A stretch of 40,510 nt of DNA from an uncultured Candidatus Saccharibacteria bacterium. Lineage in GTDB: Bacteria; Patescibacteriota; Doudnabacteria; UBA920. The notes under the pieces are model-generated. The model searched no databases, was not told the DNA's origin, and saw only the letters and a list, made by a program, of their open reading frames with translations. The position numbers were made by a program, and so were the translations under genes. The DNA lies in the NCBI GenBank assembly GCA_964609785.1, contig CAZSSN010000002.1, positions 1-40,510 on the forward strand. Direction: 5' to 3'. Positions 6,074 through 14,860 of the stretch are shown one piece after another (the stretch's first letter is position 1; each line of letters opens with the position of its first letter).

Positions 6074-6853
6074 ATGAGCTCAAAATTATTTAAACAAATT
6101 GGCGCATCACTAACAACCCTTATAATTATGGGTGTTTTTGCTTTGCCATCATCAGTAAATGCTAGTTATTCTAGCTCTAGCGACCCTTTTTACGGTTGGA
6201 CTGGCGTAAATAATTTAAGTTCAACAAACTCCAGCAACCCATTCGAAGGTTGGACTGGAGTAAACAACTCTGCTAGTACTACAAATACTACAAACTCAAA
6301 TAATCCATTCAGCGGATGGACCGGCGTTAATAATCTAACTACTACAGGATCCACCACGACATCTAATCCATTTTCAGGATGGACTGGAGTTGATAACTCT
6401 AATCCAAGCAATTCTTCTAGTTCTGCAAACAGCACTTTTGGATCTTGGACAGGGGTAAATAATTCTAATGAGACTTCATCACAAAACAATCCTTTCGGTG
6501 ACTGGGCTGGTGTTAATAACTCAGACTACATAGGAACTCAATCTTCGAACTCTTCAGATATATTTGGCACATGGAGTGGCGTGAGTAATTCTGATCAGGC
6601 TAATAACTCTACAAGTTCGAACAGCTCGTTCGGGGATTGGTATGGAACATCATCTAGCAGTTCTAGTAATGTAGCTTTAGCTTCATCTTCATCAACCACA
6701 GATTCTGCGTCTAAACCTCAAATCTCTGATGGTACTGAAACTTACTATGTAGCTCCGACCACAGGTGTAGATAGAATGGCTCCGTATGGCTTTGCTGGAT
6801 TACTTACCGCTGGGTTTGTAATAATCAGGAAGCGAAAATTACTGTTTAACTAA
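6074..6853 (+). CDS. Secreted Asn/Ser/Thr-rich tandem-repeat protein with a sortase-type C-terminal anchor signal (putative cell-surface protein)
   Basis: Signal peptide ending VNA|S. Eight copies of an (N/D)PFxGWTGVNN-like unit separated by S/T/N linkers. C-terminus is APTTG, then the hydrophobic stretch YGFAGLLTAGFVII, then RKRK. Confidence 0.7.
   Translation: MSSKLFKQIGASLTTLIIMGVFALPSSVNASYSSSSDPFYGWTGVNNLSSTNSSNPFEGWTGVNNSASTTNTTNSNNPFSGWTGVNNLTTTGSTTTSNPFSGWTGVDNSNPSNSSSSANSTFGSWTGVNNSNETSSQNNPFGDWAGVNNSDYIGTQSSNSSDIFGTWSGVSNSDQANNSTSSNSSFGDWYGTSSSSSSNVALASSSSTTDSASKPQISDGTETYYVAPTTGVDRMAPYGFAGLLTAGFVIIRKRKLLFN
6182..6649 (+). repeat. In-frame imperfect tandem repeats (unit core PF-x-G-W-T-G-V-N-N, period roughly 55-75 nt)
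   Basis: DPFYGWTGVNN, NPFEGWTGVNN, NPFSGWTGVNN, NPFSGWTGVDN, TFGSWTGVNN, NPFGDWAGVNN, DIFGTWSGVSN, SFGDWYGT. Confidence 0.85.
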
Positions 6854-6863
6854 AAAACTGATA

Positions 6864-6890
6864 GAATACCCTTACGGGTATTCTTTTTTT
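6864..6890 (+). terminator. Intrinsic terminator
   Basis: GAATACCC-ttac-GGGTATTC followed by TTTTTTT. Confidence 0.85.
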
Positions 6891-6945
6891 ATTGTGTGAA
6901 TTGCCCAAATTTGTTACCTTTAAATGACCATTAACGTATACATGT

Positions 6946-7434
6946 ATGATTACAAAACAAGATATCGTCTTTTTATTAACCATGGAGTTAAGCACTACAT
7001 CCAAAGTCATTGCTAATGTTCCGGAAGGTCACATGGACTATAAGCCGAATGAGATTAAGTCGAACTCAGTAGAGGCTCTTTTGAAGAACATGATAGCTGA
7101 GCATGGAATGTTTACGACAATTTTAAAAGGTGACCAAGTCACTAATCCAATGGCTGATGTACCAGATTTTAGTACTGTGGCGGAAGCGGTTGAAATTTAT
7201 GATGAAAAGAAAGATGCGTTTATGGCGACTCTAGAATCAACTCCCGAAGAAGATTTTCTGCAGCCATACTCTTTGTGGGGCATGGAAGGTACCCGAGCCG
7301 ATGTTATCCTTGGACTTATACGAGATATGATTCATCACCGCGGACAACTTACTGTGTATATTCGTTTATTAGACGGTAAAGTCCCATCTGTTTATGGCCC
7401 AACTTTTGATGAACCAATGAATACCACAGCTTAA
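6946..7434 (+). CDS. DinB-family (four-helix-bundle metalloenzyme-like) protein
   Basis: Size and the C-terminal MIHHRGQLTVYIR motif are typical of DinB/DinB_2 proteins. Confidence 0.6.
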   Translation: MITKQDIVFLLTMELSTTSKVIANVPEGHMDYKPNEIKSNSVEALLKNMIAEHGMFTTILKGDQVTNPMADVPDFSTVAEAVEIYDEKKDAFMATLESTPEEDFLQPYSLWGMEGTRADVILGLIRDMIHHRGQLTVYIRLLDGKVPSVYGPTFDEPMNTTA

Positions 7435-7448
7435 TTATTTACTATCTG

Positions 7449-8141
7449 ATGAGTTTACCAAATCACATTGCAATTATTCCTGATGGAAATAGACGCTGGG
7501 CGGAATCCCGGCTTTTAAATCCGTGGGAAGGACATATAGAAGGGACTAAACGTTTTTGGGAAACAGCACTTGCGTGTCTTGATCTAGGAATTCCAAACGT
7601 TACTTTTTGGGGTGGATCATATTCAAACTTAAAAAAGAGAACTGCCATTGAGGTAAACTTTTTGTTTAAGATTATGTCAGATGAGATCGCTAAGCCTAAT
7701 GTGTTAAATAAGTGTTTGCAAAATGAGGCGCAATTTAAAGTCTTAGGTGAGTGGACAGACTTTGTTAAAGACAAAAAAGTCGTAGAAGGAGTTTTAGATT
7801 TACAAAATAAAACCAAGCATTTCAAAAAGAATTCTTTAACTATTTTATTTGGCTACGATGGACAGCGGGAAATGATTGCAGCTGCCAACTCTTTAGTAAA
7901 GAAAGGGGATAGCGTAAATGGTAAAAGCCTTAGATCATCTTTGTGGACTGCAGATTTACCAGATGTAGACTTAGTGATTCGCACAGGAGGAGAACCGCAT
8001 TGGTCGGCAGGGTTTATGATGTGGCAAACAGCTAACAGTCAATTTTATTTTACAGATATTCTTTGGCCAGATTTTAAGAAGCCAGAATTAAAAAAGGCAC
8101 TCGTTGATTACGAGCGCCGTGAGAGAAGATTGGGGAAGTAA
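7449..8141 (+). CDS. uppS: Isoprenyl transferase (undecaprenyl-diphosphate synthase)
   Basis: HIAIIPDGNRRWA catalytic motif, DLVIRTGGE, and ERRLGK C-terminus. Confidence 0.9.
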   Translation: MSLPNHIAIIPDGNRRWAESRLLNPWEGHIEGTKRFWETALACLDLGIPNVTFWGGSYSNLKKRTAIEVNFLFKIMSDEIAKPNVLNKCLQNEAQFKVLGEWTDFVKDKKVVEGVLDLQNKTKHFKKNSLTILFGYDGQREMIAAANSLVKKGDSVNGKSLRSSLWTADLPDVDLVIRTGGEPHWSAGFMMWQTANSQFYFTDILWPDFKKPELKKALVDYERRERRLGK

Positions 8142-8142
8142 G

Positions 8143-8346
8143 CTACTTAACCCTTTCTTTAACATAAATTTCCATCTGTAGAGTTTGAACCCTATCTTCA
8201 TCAAGAGTGCAGCCTCTTTTGATCGCGTTTCTCACATCTTTCAAAAATTGGGCCGCTGCCACCTCGATATCTTTCAAACTTCCAGACTTGTAATGAACCT
8301 GTATTGATTTGCTTTGTTCTATTTTTTTCCTTGTTTTTCTAGGCAT
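8143..8346 (-). CDS. Hypothetical small basic protein (67 aa from the internal ATG at 8346)
   Basis: AGGAGG lies 9 nt upstream of the ATG at 8346 (MPRKTRKKIEQSK...). The track start at 8385 has no RBS and runs into the hairpin. No family recognised and no promoter seen. Confidence 0.4.
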   Translation of the reverse strand: MPRKTRKKIEQSKSIQVHYKSGSLKDIEVAAAQFLKDVRNAIKRGCTLDEDRVQTLQMEIYVKERVK

Positions 8347-8383
8347 CTGACAATTCCTCCTGTCGCTATCTGGCTTCGAACTC

Positions 8384-8430
8384 AAAACAAAAACACACTA
8401 TTCAAAAAATAAATTGTGTGTTTTTGTTTT
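8384..8430 (-). terminator. Long perfect hairpin immediately 3' of rnpB
   Basis: 15-bp perfect inverted repeat AAAACAAAAACACAC (8384-8398) / GTGTGTTTTTGTTTT (8416-8430) with a 17-nt loop. Confidence 0.6.
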
Positions 8431-8431
8431 G

Positions 8432-8777
8432 TCCCAAGCAAACTCGTAAGCCGAATTCTGTTTCTAAATGATCATCTATCTGGGATCACTGTTGCCAGCG
8501 ACCTCGGTGCTGCCTACCTAATTTGGCATTGCACTCAAGTAAGAATTTAGCCGTTTCACCCGATATGTTTCCATATCGATTCACCCAACCAACTTAGTGG
8601 GGTGCGCAATCATTTCTGATTAACGCGTCTCTGTTCGCATCTCTGAGATTACTCTCGACGGGTGTTACCCGCTACTATTGTTAATAACTCTATAGAGGTT
8701 ATCAACTAAGTGTTCGGACTTTCCTCCCCAGCAGCAGCTTTCGCGCGCTTAGGGCGATCATTCGATTTGCTTGGAAC
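8432..8777 (-). ncRNA. rnpB: RNase P RNA, bacterial type A
   Basis: The minus-strand RNA contains GGGGAGGAAAGTCCGAACAC (CR-I), GGGTAACACCCG, ACAGAGA, GGGTGAAA, GCAATGCCAAATTAGG, and AGATAGATGA...ACAGAATTCGGCTTAC (CR-IV/V). The 5' TCCAAGCAAA pairs with the 3' TTTGCTTGGGA to form P1. Confidence 0.93.
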
Positions 8778-8783
8778 CTCAAA

Positions 8784-8812
8784 AGATTACCATATTTTGG
8801 GCGTATTGTCAA
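8784..8812 (-). promoter_or_regulatory. rnpB promoter
   Basis: Minus strand: TTGACA (8812-8807), 17-nt spacer ending in TGg, TAATCT (8789-8784). The predicted start falls at the P1 5' end. Confidence 0.65.
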
Positions 8813-8834
8813 TAAATACGCTAAAATAAGCCAA

Positions 8835-9878
8835 TTACCAGTCTTGAGGTCGCTCTTTGTACCAATCAGCTAGGCCGCTTTCTAAAGTATATTCATACTT
8901 ATAATCAAGATTCTTTAAAATCTTCGGACTGATGTTGTTATATTTCAGGACTTTTCTTACAGTGACCGGACTAATGGACTGCTTGCGGCCAAGCATCTTG
9001 TTTAAGAAGTGAACGAAGTAGGATCCTAAAAGTAAAATTCTAAATGGGACGTTCGGTGTTGCTCTTTTAACTCCAGCAATCTTTTTTATTCCTTCAGCGT
9101 ATTCTCCAACGCTTGGCGCAGGGTCCATAGTAAAGTTAAACAAGGTTAGGCCTTCGTTATGCTCATCTTGCCACTTCAGCATAAAAGCCATTGCCCGACA
9201 AAGCTCTTTTACGTAGCCGCCAGCTTTGCGAACATTTTGATTCCCTGTGAAAAAGAAATAATGTCCCAGCACCGCTTTAACCATCCTAGTTACATTACCA
9301 CGTTCGTTAGCACCAAAAATAACTCCTGGGCGAGTAATTAAAAGTTTGCGACCAGACTTAGCCTGTTGCCAAGCGATATGAATTTTCTCAGCAGTTAATT
9401 TTGAGACCCCATAAGGAGTGTTTGGCATTGTTAATGAGTCTTCATCTTTAGTGTTTTCGCCACCGCCATACGTTGCTATGGAGCTTGTGAACAAGATGCT
9501 CTTACAATCTACAATACTAGCCCAATCGCAAACATTCTCTGCGCCAGGCAAATTAGTTTTAAAATATTCTTCTGCGACATGGCCAGGCTCTTTGTGGACT
9601 GCTGCTAAATTTACAATTAAATCTACTTGTGTTGGTAGCTTATTCGACTCTTCTTGGGCATGAAAAGGCTTGCGTACATCAATCTTCACATAATCAATGT
9701 CACCTGCAGCGAAGTGTCTTTGCAGGCTCTTTGGCCAAAGGTCTGGAGTAATTGTACCGAGGTCACTAATAATAACTTTTTTTGCAATGTTGTTATCTAG
9801 TAAATAGGCTGCGAAGTTGCTGCCAATAAATCCATTTCCGCCAAAAAGAATAGCTGTGTTGTATTTAGGTTCCATCAT
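8835..9878 (-). CDS. NAD-dependent epimerase/dehydratase (extended SDR) family protein
   Basis: FGGNGFIGSN Rossmann motif and YGVSK (YxxxK) catalytic motif. Divergent from the glycan cluster. TGtTAAAAT -10 element 10 nt upstream of the ATG. Confidence 0.85.
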   Translation of the reverse strand: MMEPKYNTAILFGGNGFIGSNFAAYLLDNNIAKKVIISDLGTITPDLWPKSLQRHFAAGDIDYVKIDVRKPFHAQEESNKLPTQVDLIVNLAAVHKEPGHVAEEYFKTNLPGAENVCDWASIVDCKSILFTSSIATYGGGENTKDEDSLTMPNTPYGVSKLTAEKIHIAWQQAKSGRKLLITRPGVIFGANERGNVTRMVKAVLGHYFFFTGNQNVRKAGGYVKELCRAMAFMLKWQDEHNEGLTLFNFTMDPAPSVGEYAEGIKKIAGVKRATPNVPFRILLLGSYFVHFLNKMLGRKQSISPVTVRKVLKYNNISPKILKNLDYKYEYTLESGLADWYKERPQDW

Positions 9879-9950
9879 AATTTACTGTATTTTAACATAA
9901 TTTGAAGGGTGTTGTAAGCCAGAAAGTCATTAGGAAAATAGGTCTAAAAG

Positions 9951-9959
9951 TGGTATAAT
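9951..9959 (+). promoter_or_regulatory. Extended -10 promoter (TGgTATAAT) of the glycan operon
   Basis: TGGTATAAT ends 20 nt upstream of the ATG at 9980. No SD is visible. Confidence 0.5.
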
Positions 9960-9979
9960 GGCAAATATAACAGTTATTC

Positions 9980-11416
9980 ATGAAGCGCACAGAACTACTC
10001 TTTAATTTAATTTCCATCCCTGTAGATATTCTTATGCTGGCCGCCGCCGGCATAGTTTCGTTTTACTTGCGTTTGTACTCAGAGGATTATATTGGGAAGG
10101 TTATGTACACCTTAGAACTCCAAGACTTTTTACTGGTTTTGGTTAAGGTTATTCCTATCTTGTTGCTAGTGTTTGCACTACTTGGTCTTTACAAGCTTCG
10201 AGGAACAAGACGTTTCATTCATGAGTTCAATAGAATTTTTGTTGGCACATCCTTAGGAATGCTTTTTGCAGTAGTACTTTTCTTTTTTGATCAATCAATT
10301 TTCCCGTCTCGTTTCATCATACTAACTGCTTGGGCGTTGGGAATTCTTTTCATCCTTTTCGGAAGAATAGTTTTGAAAAGAATCCAAGAAGCGATGTTCC
10401 GCCGTGGTTATGGACTTCACAGATTAATTGTCGTTGATGGAAGTGGTAGCGAAGCCAGTGTAATTGAACAGTTTCTATCTAATAAATCTCACGGCTACAA
10501 AGTAGTAGGTGAATTAGATAACAACGACCAAGTAATTAGTAAGTTAGAAGAACTTCTAAAAACCACTGGCATAGATGAGATAATGCAGGCTAACCCTCAT
10601 GCAACCAGCGCTCAAAATTTAAACTTGTTAGAGTTTGTACGCCGCCATGGTTTGCAATTTAGTTTCGTTCCAAACCTGTTCGAAGTCCAGCGCAATGTAA
10701 TCGAGTTAGACAACTTTAAGGGTATACCTATCATCAAATTAAAAAATACTCCTCTTGAAGGATGGGGGAAAGTCATTAAGCGTCTATTAGATATAGTCGC
10801 TAGTTTAATTTGTCTCATTATTACCGCTCCAATCTCTTTAATTATTTACATTGCAGTTCGAGTCACTAGCCCTGGTCCAGGAATCTACAAACATACCCGC
10901 AGCGGTTACAAAAAAGAATTTGATTTTTACAAATTCCGTTCCATGTATACTCATTTGAGTACCGGTAAGGGCTATGGTGATGAGCAGGCGCAAAAAGTTC
11001 TACATGATCTTCTAGAGCAAGTGAAAGATGAAGACCGCACTGGTCCGTTATGGAAAATTAAAGATGACCCTCGCATTACCCCAATAGGAAAGTTTCTGCG
11101 TAAAAGCAAGTTAGATGAAATCCCTCAGTTCTGGAATGTACTCATTGGCGACATGAGTATGATTGGTCCAAGACCTCATATGCCGGAGCAAGTTGAGAAA
11201 TACAGGCAGCACTATGGCCGTGTGTTTAGTATCAAGCCAGGGATTTTCGGTTTAACTCAGATTGCTCAGCTTTCTAGGCCGAATCTACCTTTCGAAGAAG
11301 AAATCCGCCTAGACACTTACTATATTGAAAATTGGAGTTTGATTTGGGACATAAAGATAATTATCAAGTCATTCTATATGTTGCTATTCACTCGCAAACC
11401 CAAAGATAACTATTAA
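9980..11416 (+). CDS. Polyprenyl-phosphate sugar phosphotransferase (WbaP/EpsB-type initiating bacterial sugar transferase)
   Basis: N-terminal TM bundle, central Rossmann-like domain, and a C-terminal catalytic domain with KFRSM, DEIPQFWNVLIGDMSMIGPRP and YYIENWSL. Confidence 0.9.
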   Translation: MKRTELLFNLISIPVDILMLAAAGIVSFYLRLYSEDYIGKVMYTLELQDFLLVLVKVIPILLLVFALLGLYKLRGTRRFIHEFNRIFVGTSLGMLFAVVLFFFDQSIFPSRFIILTAWALGILFILFGRIVLKRIQEAMFRRGYGLHRLIVVDGSGSEASVIEQFLSNKSHGYKVVGELDNNDQVISKLEELLKTTGIDEIMQANPHATSAQNLNLLEFVRRHGLQFSFVPNLFEVQRNVIELDNFKGIPIIKLKNTPLEGWGKVIKRLLDIVASLICLIITAPISLIIYIAVRVTSPGPGIYKHTRSGYKKEFDFYKFRSMYTHLSTGKGYGDEQAQKVLHDLLEQVKDEDRTGPLWKIKDDPRITPIGKFLRKSKLDEIPQFWNVLIGDMSMIGPRPHMPEQVEKYRQHYGRVFSIKPGIFGLTQIAQLSRPNLPFEEEIRLDTYYIENWSLIWDIKIIIKSFYMLLFTRKPKDNY

Positions 11417-11432
11417 AGCATCTTACTAAATT

Positions 11433-12512
11433 ATGAAAGTTATTCTCGCTCACGATTCATACACACAATATGGCGGCGCCGAACGCGTTCTTGAAGGTAT
11501 GAAAGATTTGTATCCTGATGCTCCGATTTATACTTTAGTTGTAGATAAAAGAATGAAGTGGCATATAAGTGATTGGAATGTAATCACAAGTCCGCTTCAA
11601 AAAATTTATAACTTGTATGGCAATATGCAACATCTATTCGGACTTATTCCGTTCATTTTGCCATTTTGGAAATTAGAGAAAGCTGATTTATTGTTGAGTT
11701 CAAGTTCTGCATACTTAAAAGGATTGCGAAAAACTAAAGGCATGGTTCATGTTGATTATTGCCACACACCGACTAGATTCATTTGGACAGACTATGAATA
11801 TGCTCTCCACGAAGTTACTCCTTTGCTTAGACCTATTGCAAAGCTTTACTTGTGGTGGTTAAAAAAGTGGGACTACAATGCTGCTCAAAAAGTAGATCAC
11901 TTTTTAGTGAACGGCTTAGAAGTGCAATCAAGATTGAAGAAGTATTACAACCGTGATAGTGAAATTTTGCATCCGTTCATCGATGTTGAGTTCTGGTCGC
12001 CAACTAGAGAAAAGGGAGATTACTTTTTAATTGCTGGTCGTTTAACCCCATACAAAGATTACGATAAAGTTATTTTAGCTTTTAATAAACTAGGTTGGCC
12101 GCTTCACGTAATTGGTACTGGTCGTTATGAAAAATATTTGCGCTCTATCGCTGGCTCAAACATTATTTTCTTAGGTAAAGTAGACGATGAATCTTTGAGA
12201 CATCAATACAGTGGTGCTAGAGGTTTTATTTACCCTCAATTAGAAGACTTTGGTCTAATGCCATTAGAGGCTGCGAGTTGTGGTACAGCAACCTTAGGAT
12301 TAGCTAAAGGTGGTTCTTTAGAAACAGTTATACCTGGCCAGACTGGTGAGCTTCTAGAAAAAGTAGATGTTGAAAATTTAATTACTGCTCTAAATGTTTG
12401 GGATGAAAATAAATATAGCAAAGAAAATCTAAAGTCCCACTCACTGAAGTTTAGTAAGCAGGAATTTCAACGAAAACTAACTTCGTACATAAATAAATTT
12501 ATGAGTAAGTAA
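11433..12512 (+). CDS. Glycosyltransferase, GT4 (GT-B fold) family
   Basis: YGGAERV N-terminal motif and C-terminal EDFGLMPLEAASCGT (E-x7-E-like region). Confidence 0.8.
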   Translation: MKVILAHDSYTQYGGAERVLEGMKDLYPDAPIYTLVVDKRMKWHISDWNVITSPLQKIYNLYGNMQHLFGLIPFILPFWKLEKADLLLSSSSAYLKGLRKTKGMVHVDYCHTPTRFIWTDYEYALHEVTPLLRPIAKLYLWWLKKWDYNAAQKVDHFLVNGLEVQSRLKKYYNRDSEILHPFIDVEFWSPTREKGDYFLIAGRLTPYKDYDKVILAFNKLGWPLHVIGTGRYEKYLRSIAGSNIIFLGKVDDESLRHQYSGARGFIYPQLEDFGLMPLEAASCGTATLGLAKGGSLETVIPGQTGELLEKVDVENLITALNVWDENKYSKENLKSHSLKFSKQEFQRKLTSYINKFMSK

Positions 12513-13693
12513 TGCCAGAAATCAGTACCCAACTAAATATTGAAGTGGCTCCTCATCTTCCTAAAACAGGTAATGCAAAAAACATTGCTGTAGATTTGCG
12601 CAGCCTACATGCTTCTGAATTTAGTGGCGTCGAAAGCTTCGCTGTTAATGTTTTAGAGGAATTGCTCGCAGAAGATCGTGATACTATTTACCGATTGTTT
12701 TACAATGGCTTTAATCCTAAGAAGTTTGAATACTTTCACTATATTAATGCGCAGTATAAACAGACCCGCATACCAAATAGGTTGCTAAATCTATCCTTGA
12801 AGTTTTTTAGTTACCCAAAGTTGGAAAAGCTTACTGGACTTTGTGATGTTTTGTTTATGCCAAATTGGAATATGCTTTCTGTAGATCCCGGTACAAAAGT
12901 CGTATTAACGGTCCATGACCTATCGCCATTAGCAGTTCCTCAATTCTATAATTTGAAAGCAAGAATCTGGCATTGGTTTATTAACATTCCAAAACTCTTA
13001 GCGCGAGCTAATAACCTTGTAGCAGTCTCCGAATTCACTAAAACTTCAATGATGGAGATGTTGAATATCCCTGAGCACAAAATTACTGTTGCTCCTTTAG
13101 GTGTTGACCATGATAACTACCGACCTAATTTAAGTGTTGATAAGCTAAGAGATGTTCGGAATCGTTACGGATTACCAGGTGATTTCGTACTATTTGTTGG
13201 GACTGTAGAACCAAGGAAAAACTTATCCCGTTTAATTGAAGCTTTGGAACAGGTGAAAGAACCTATCTCCCTGGTGATTGCTGGGAGACTTGGCTGGAAG
13301 TATTCTGCATTATTAAGACAGATTGACCAAAGTCCTAAGCGCCGTTTCATTAAATTGTTAGGTTACGTACCTGAAGCAGATAAGCCATATATTATGAAGT
13401 TGGCCCGAGTATTTGCATATCCAAGCATGTACGAAGGATTCGGATTGCCAGTATTAGAAGCGATGGCCGTAGGGACTCCGGTTTTGACTTCAAACGTTTC
13501 AAGTTTGCCAGAAGTAGCCGGTGACTCTGCTTTGCTAATAAATCCATACAATGTTTCTGATATCGCTGAAGGGCTGACCCGCTTGCATCTTGATGATCAG
13601 CTTCGCCAGTATTACTCAGCAAAGGGGATCGAGCGTAGCAAACTTTTTACTTGGACAAAGTGCGCAGCAATTATTAAATCAGTAATACACTAA
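12512..13693 (+). CDS. Glycosyltransferase, GT4 family
   Basis: EGFGLPVLEAMAVGTPVLTSNVSSLPEV. 1-nt stop/start overlap with the upstream GT. Confidence 0.85.
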   Translation: MPEISTQLNIEVAPHLPKTGNAKNIAVDLRSLHASEFSGVESFAVNVLEELLAEDRDTIYRLFYNGFNPKKFEYFHYINAQYKQTRIPNRLLNLSLKFFSYPKLEKLTGLCDVLFMPNWNMLSVDPGTKVVLTVHDLSPLAVPQFYNLKARIWHWFINIPKLLARANNLVAVSEFTKTSMMEMLNIPEHKITVAPLGVDHDNYRPNLSVDKLRDVRNRYGLPGDFVLFVGTVEPRKNLSRLIEALEQVKEPISLVIAGRLGWKYSALLRQIDQSPKRRFIKLLGYVPEADKPYIMKLARVFAYPSMYEGFGLPVLEAMAVGTPVLTSNVSSLPEVAGDSALLINPYNVSDIAEGLTRLHLDDQLRQYYSAKGIERSKLFTWTKCAAIIKSVIH

Positions 13694-13699
13694 AGTAAG

Positions 13700-14860
13700 A
13701 TGAAAATCGGATTTGATTTTAGAATGGGTGGCAGTATCAATGCGGGCTTAGGCCGGTATAGTTTTGAGTTGCTCACTCACATGATCGAGCTAAATCCGGA
13801 TAATCAATATTTTGTTTTTTATAACAAAAATAATTACAACCCGAATGATTTAAAAGCTCTGAAAAAGTTGGGAGCAGAATTAGTCGAAACTAATATACGG
13901 CACTATTCATTTGGCGAGCAATTATCCTTGCCTAAAATTTTAAACAAGTACGATTTGGATTTAATGCATTTTCCAAATTTTAATGTACCTCTCAGGTACA
14001 AAAAACCATATGTAGTGACAATTCACGACATGGTACATCACAAGATTAGCGGGCATAAGAAGTCTAGAGTCTGGAAGTTTTACGCCTATCAATATTTAAT
14101 TAAGAAAGCGGCTGAAAATGCAAAAGTCATAATCACTGTGACTGAATCGGCTAAGAAAGAAATCGTAAAGTATTTAGAAGTTGATCCAGAAAAGATTGTT
14201 GTTACGTACGAAGCCCCGACAGATCAAGAAGTGGCGCCGGCTAATATAGAAAAAGTTAAGGAAAAGTATTTGCTAAGCCGACCATATTTTCTATTCGTGG
14301 GAACTTTGGAAAGAAAAAAGAACATTCCAATGCTTGCTAAAGCTTTCGACTTGTTCCTTAGCAAATACAAGTTCGATATGGACTTGGTGATCGCGGGTAA
14401 AGTTGATTCGCACTATCCAGAAATTAAAGATCAGATTATGGATATCTCTCACAGAAACCGTTTAGTTCTGACGGGATTTGTAGAAGATGAAGATCAAGCT
14501 GCTTTGTACCAAGGTGCTTACGCTTTCATTACAACTTCTCTTCATGAAGGCTTCGGCTTGCCAGGGCTTGAAGCAATGCGTTATGGGCTACCTGTACTGG
14601 CATCAAACACCGAAGTCTTTAATGAGGTTTACGACAACGGCGCTATTTACTTTGACCCATTAGATCCAGAGGATATTGCTGAGCATATGAAGTTAGTTTC
14701 GCAAGATACACAGTTCCATGCTCAAATGCAACAAAAGAGTATTGCTCGGGTACAGTACTTCGACTGGGCAGAAACCGCTAAGCAAACATTGGAAGTGTAC
14801 AATAAAGCAGTAGGTAAAAATCAAACTAGACAAACAAATTTTGAACCAGAAAATGAATAG
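13700..14860 (+). CDS. Glycosyltransferase, GT4 family
   Basis: EGFGLPGLEAMRYGLPVLASNTEVFNEV. Confidence 0.85.
   Translation: MKIGFDFRMGGSINAGLGRYSFELLTHMIELNPDNQYFVFYNKNNYNPNDLKALKKLGAELVETNIRHYSFGEQLSLPKILNKYDLDLMHFPNFNVPLRYKKPYVVTIHDMVHHKISGHKKSRVWKFYAYQYLIKKAAENAKVIITVTESAKKEIVKYLEVDPEKIVVTYEAPTDQEVAPANIEKVKEKYLLSRPYFLFVGTLERKKNIPMLAKAFDLFLSKYKFDMDLVIAGKVDSHYPEIKDQIMDISHRNRLVLTGFVEDEDQAALYQGAYAFITTSLHEGFGLPGLEAMRYGLPVLASNTEVFNEVYDNGAIYFDPLDPEDIAEHMKLVSQDTQFHAQMQQKSIARVQYFDWAETAKQTLEVYNKAVGKNQTRQTNFEPENE

Noticed and set aside
6190-6489. 99-aa minus-strand ORF inside the repeat-protein gene
   Set aside because: It is an artefact of the tandem repeats being open in the reverse frame. The + strand product has a signal peptide, a sorting signal, a promoter and a terminator.
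7463-7825. 120-aa ORF antisense to uppS, plus the other short antisense or out-of-frame track ORFs (2563-2772, 3019-3356, 3541-3738, 5777-5962, 9159-9663, 10612-10818, 12236-12421, 13165-13622, 15549-15782, 16296-16601, 17381-17958, 20160-20542, 21414-21668, 23309-23599, 25450-25677, 26861-27160, 27635-27862, 29904-30110, 30871-31143, 31410-32060, 32393-32943, 33329-33598, 34811-35038, 36553-37089, 37724-37924, 38866-39075)
   Set aside because: All are nested within longer ORFs that carry clear family motifs, and none has its own expression signals.
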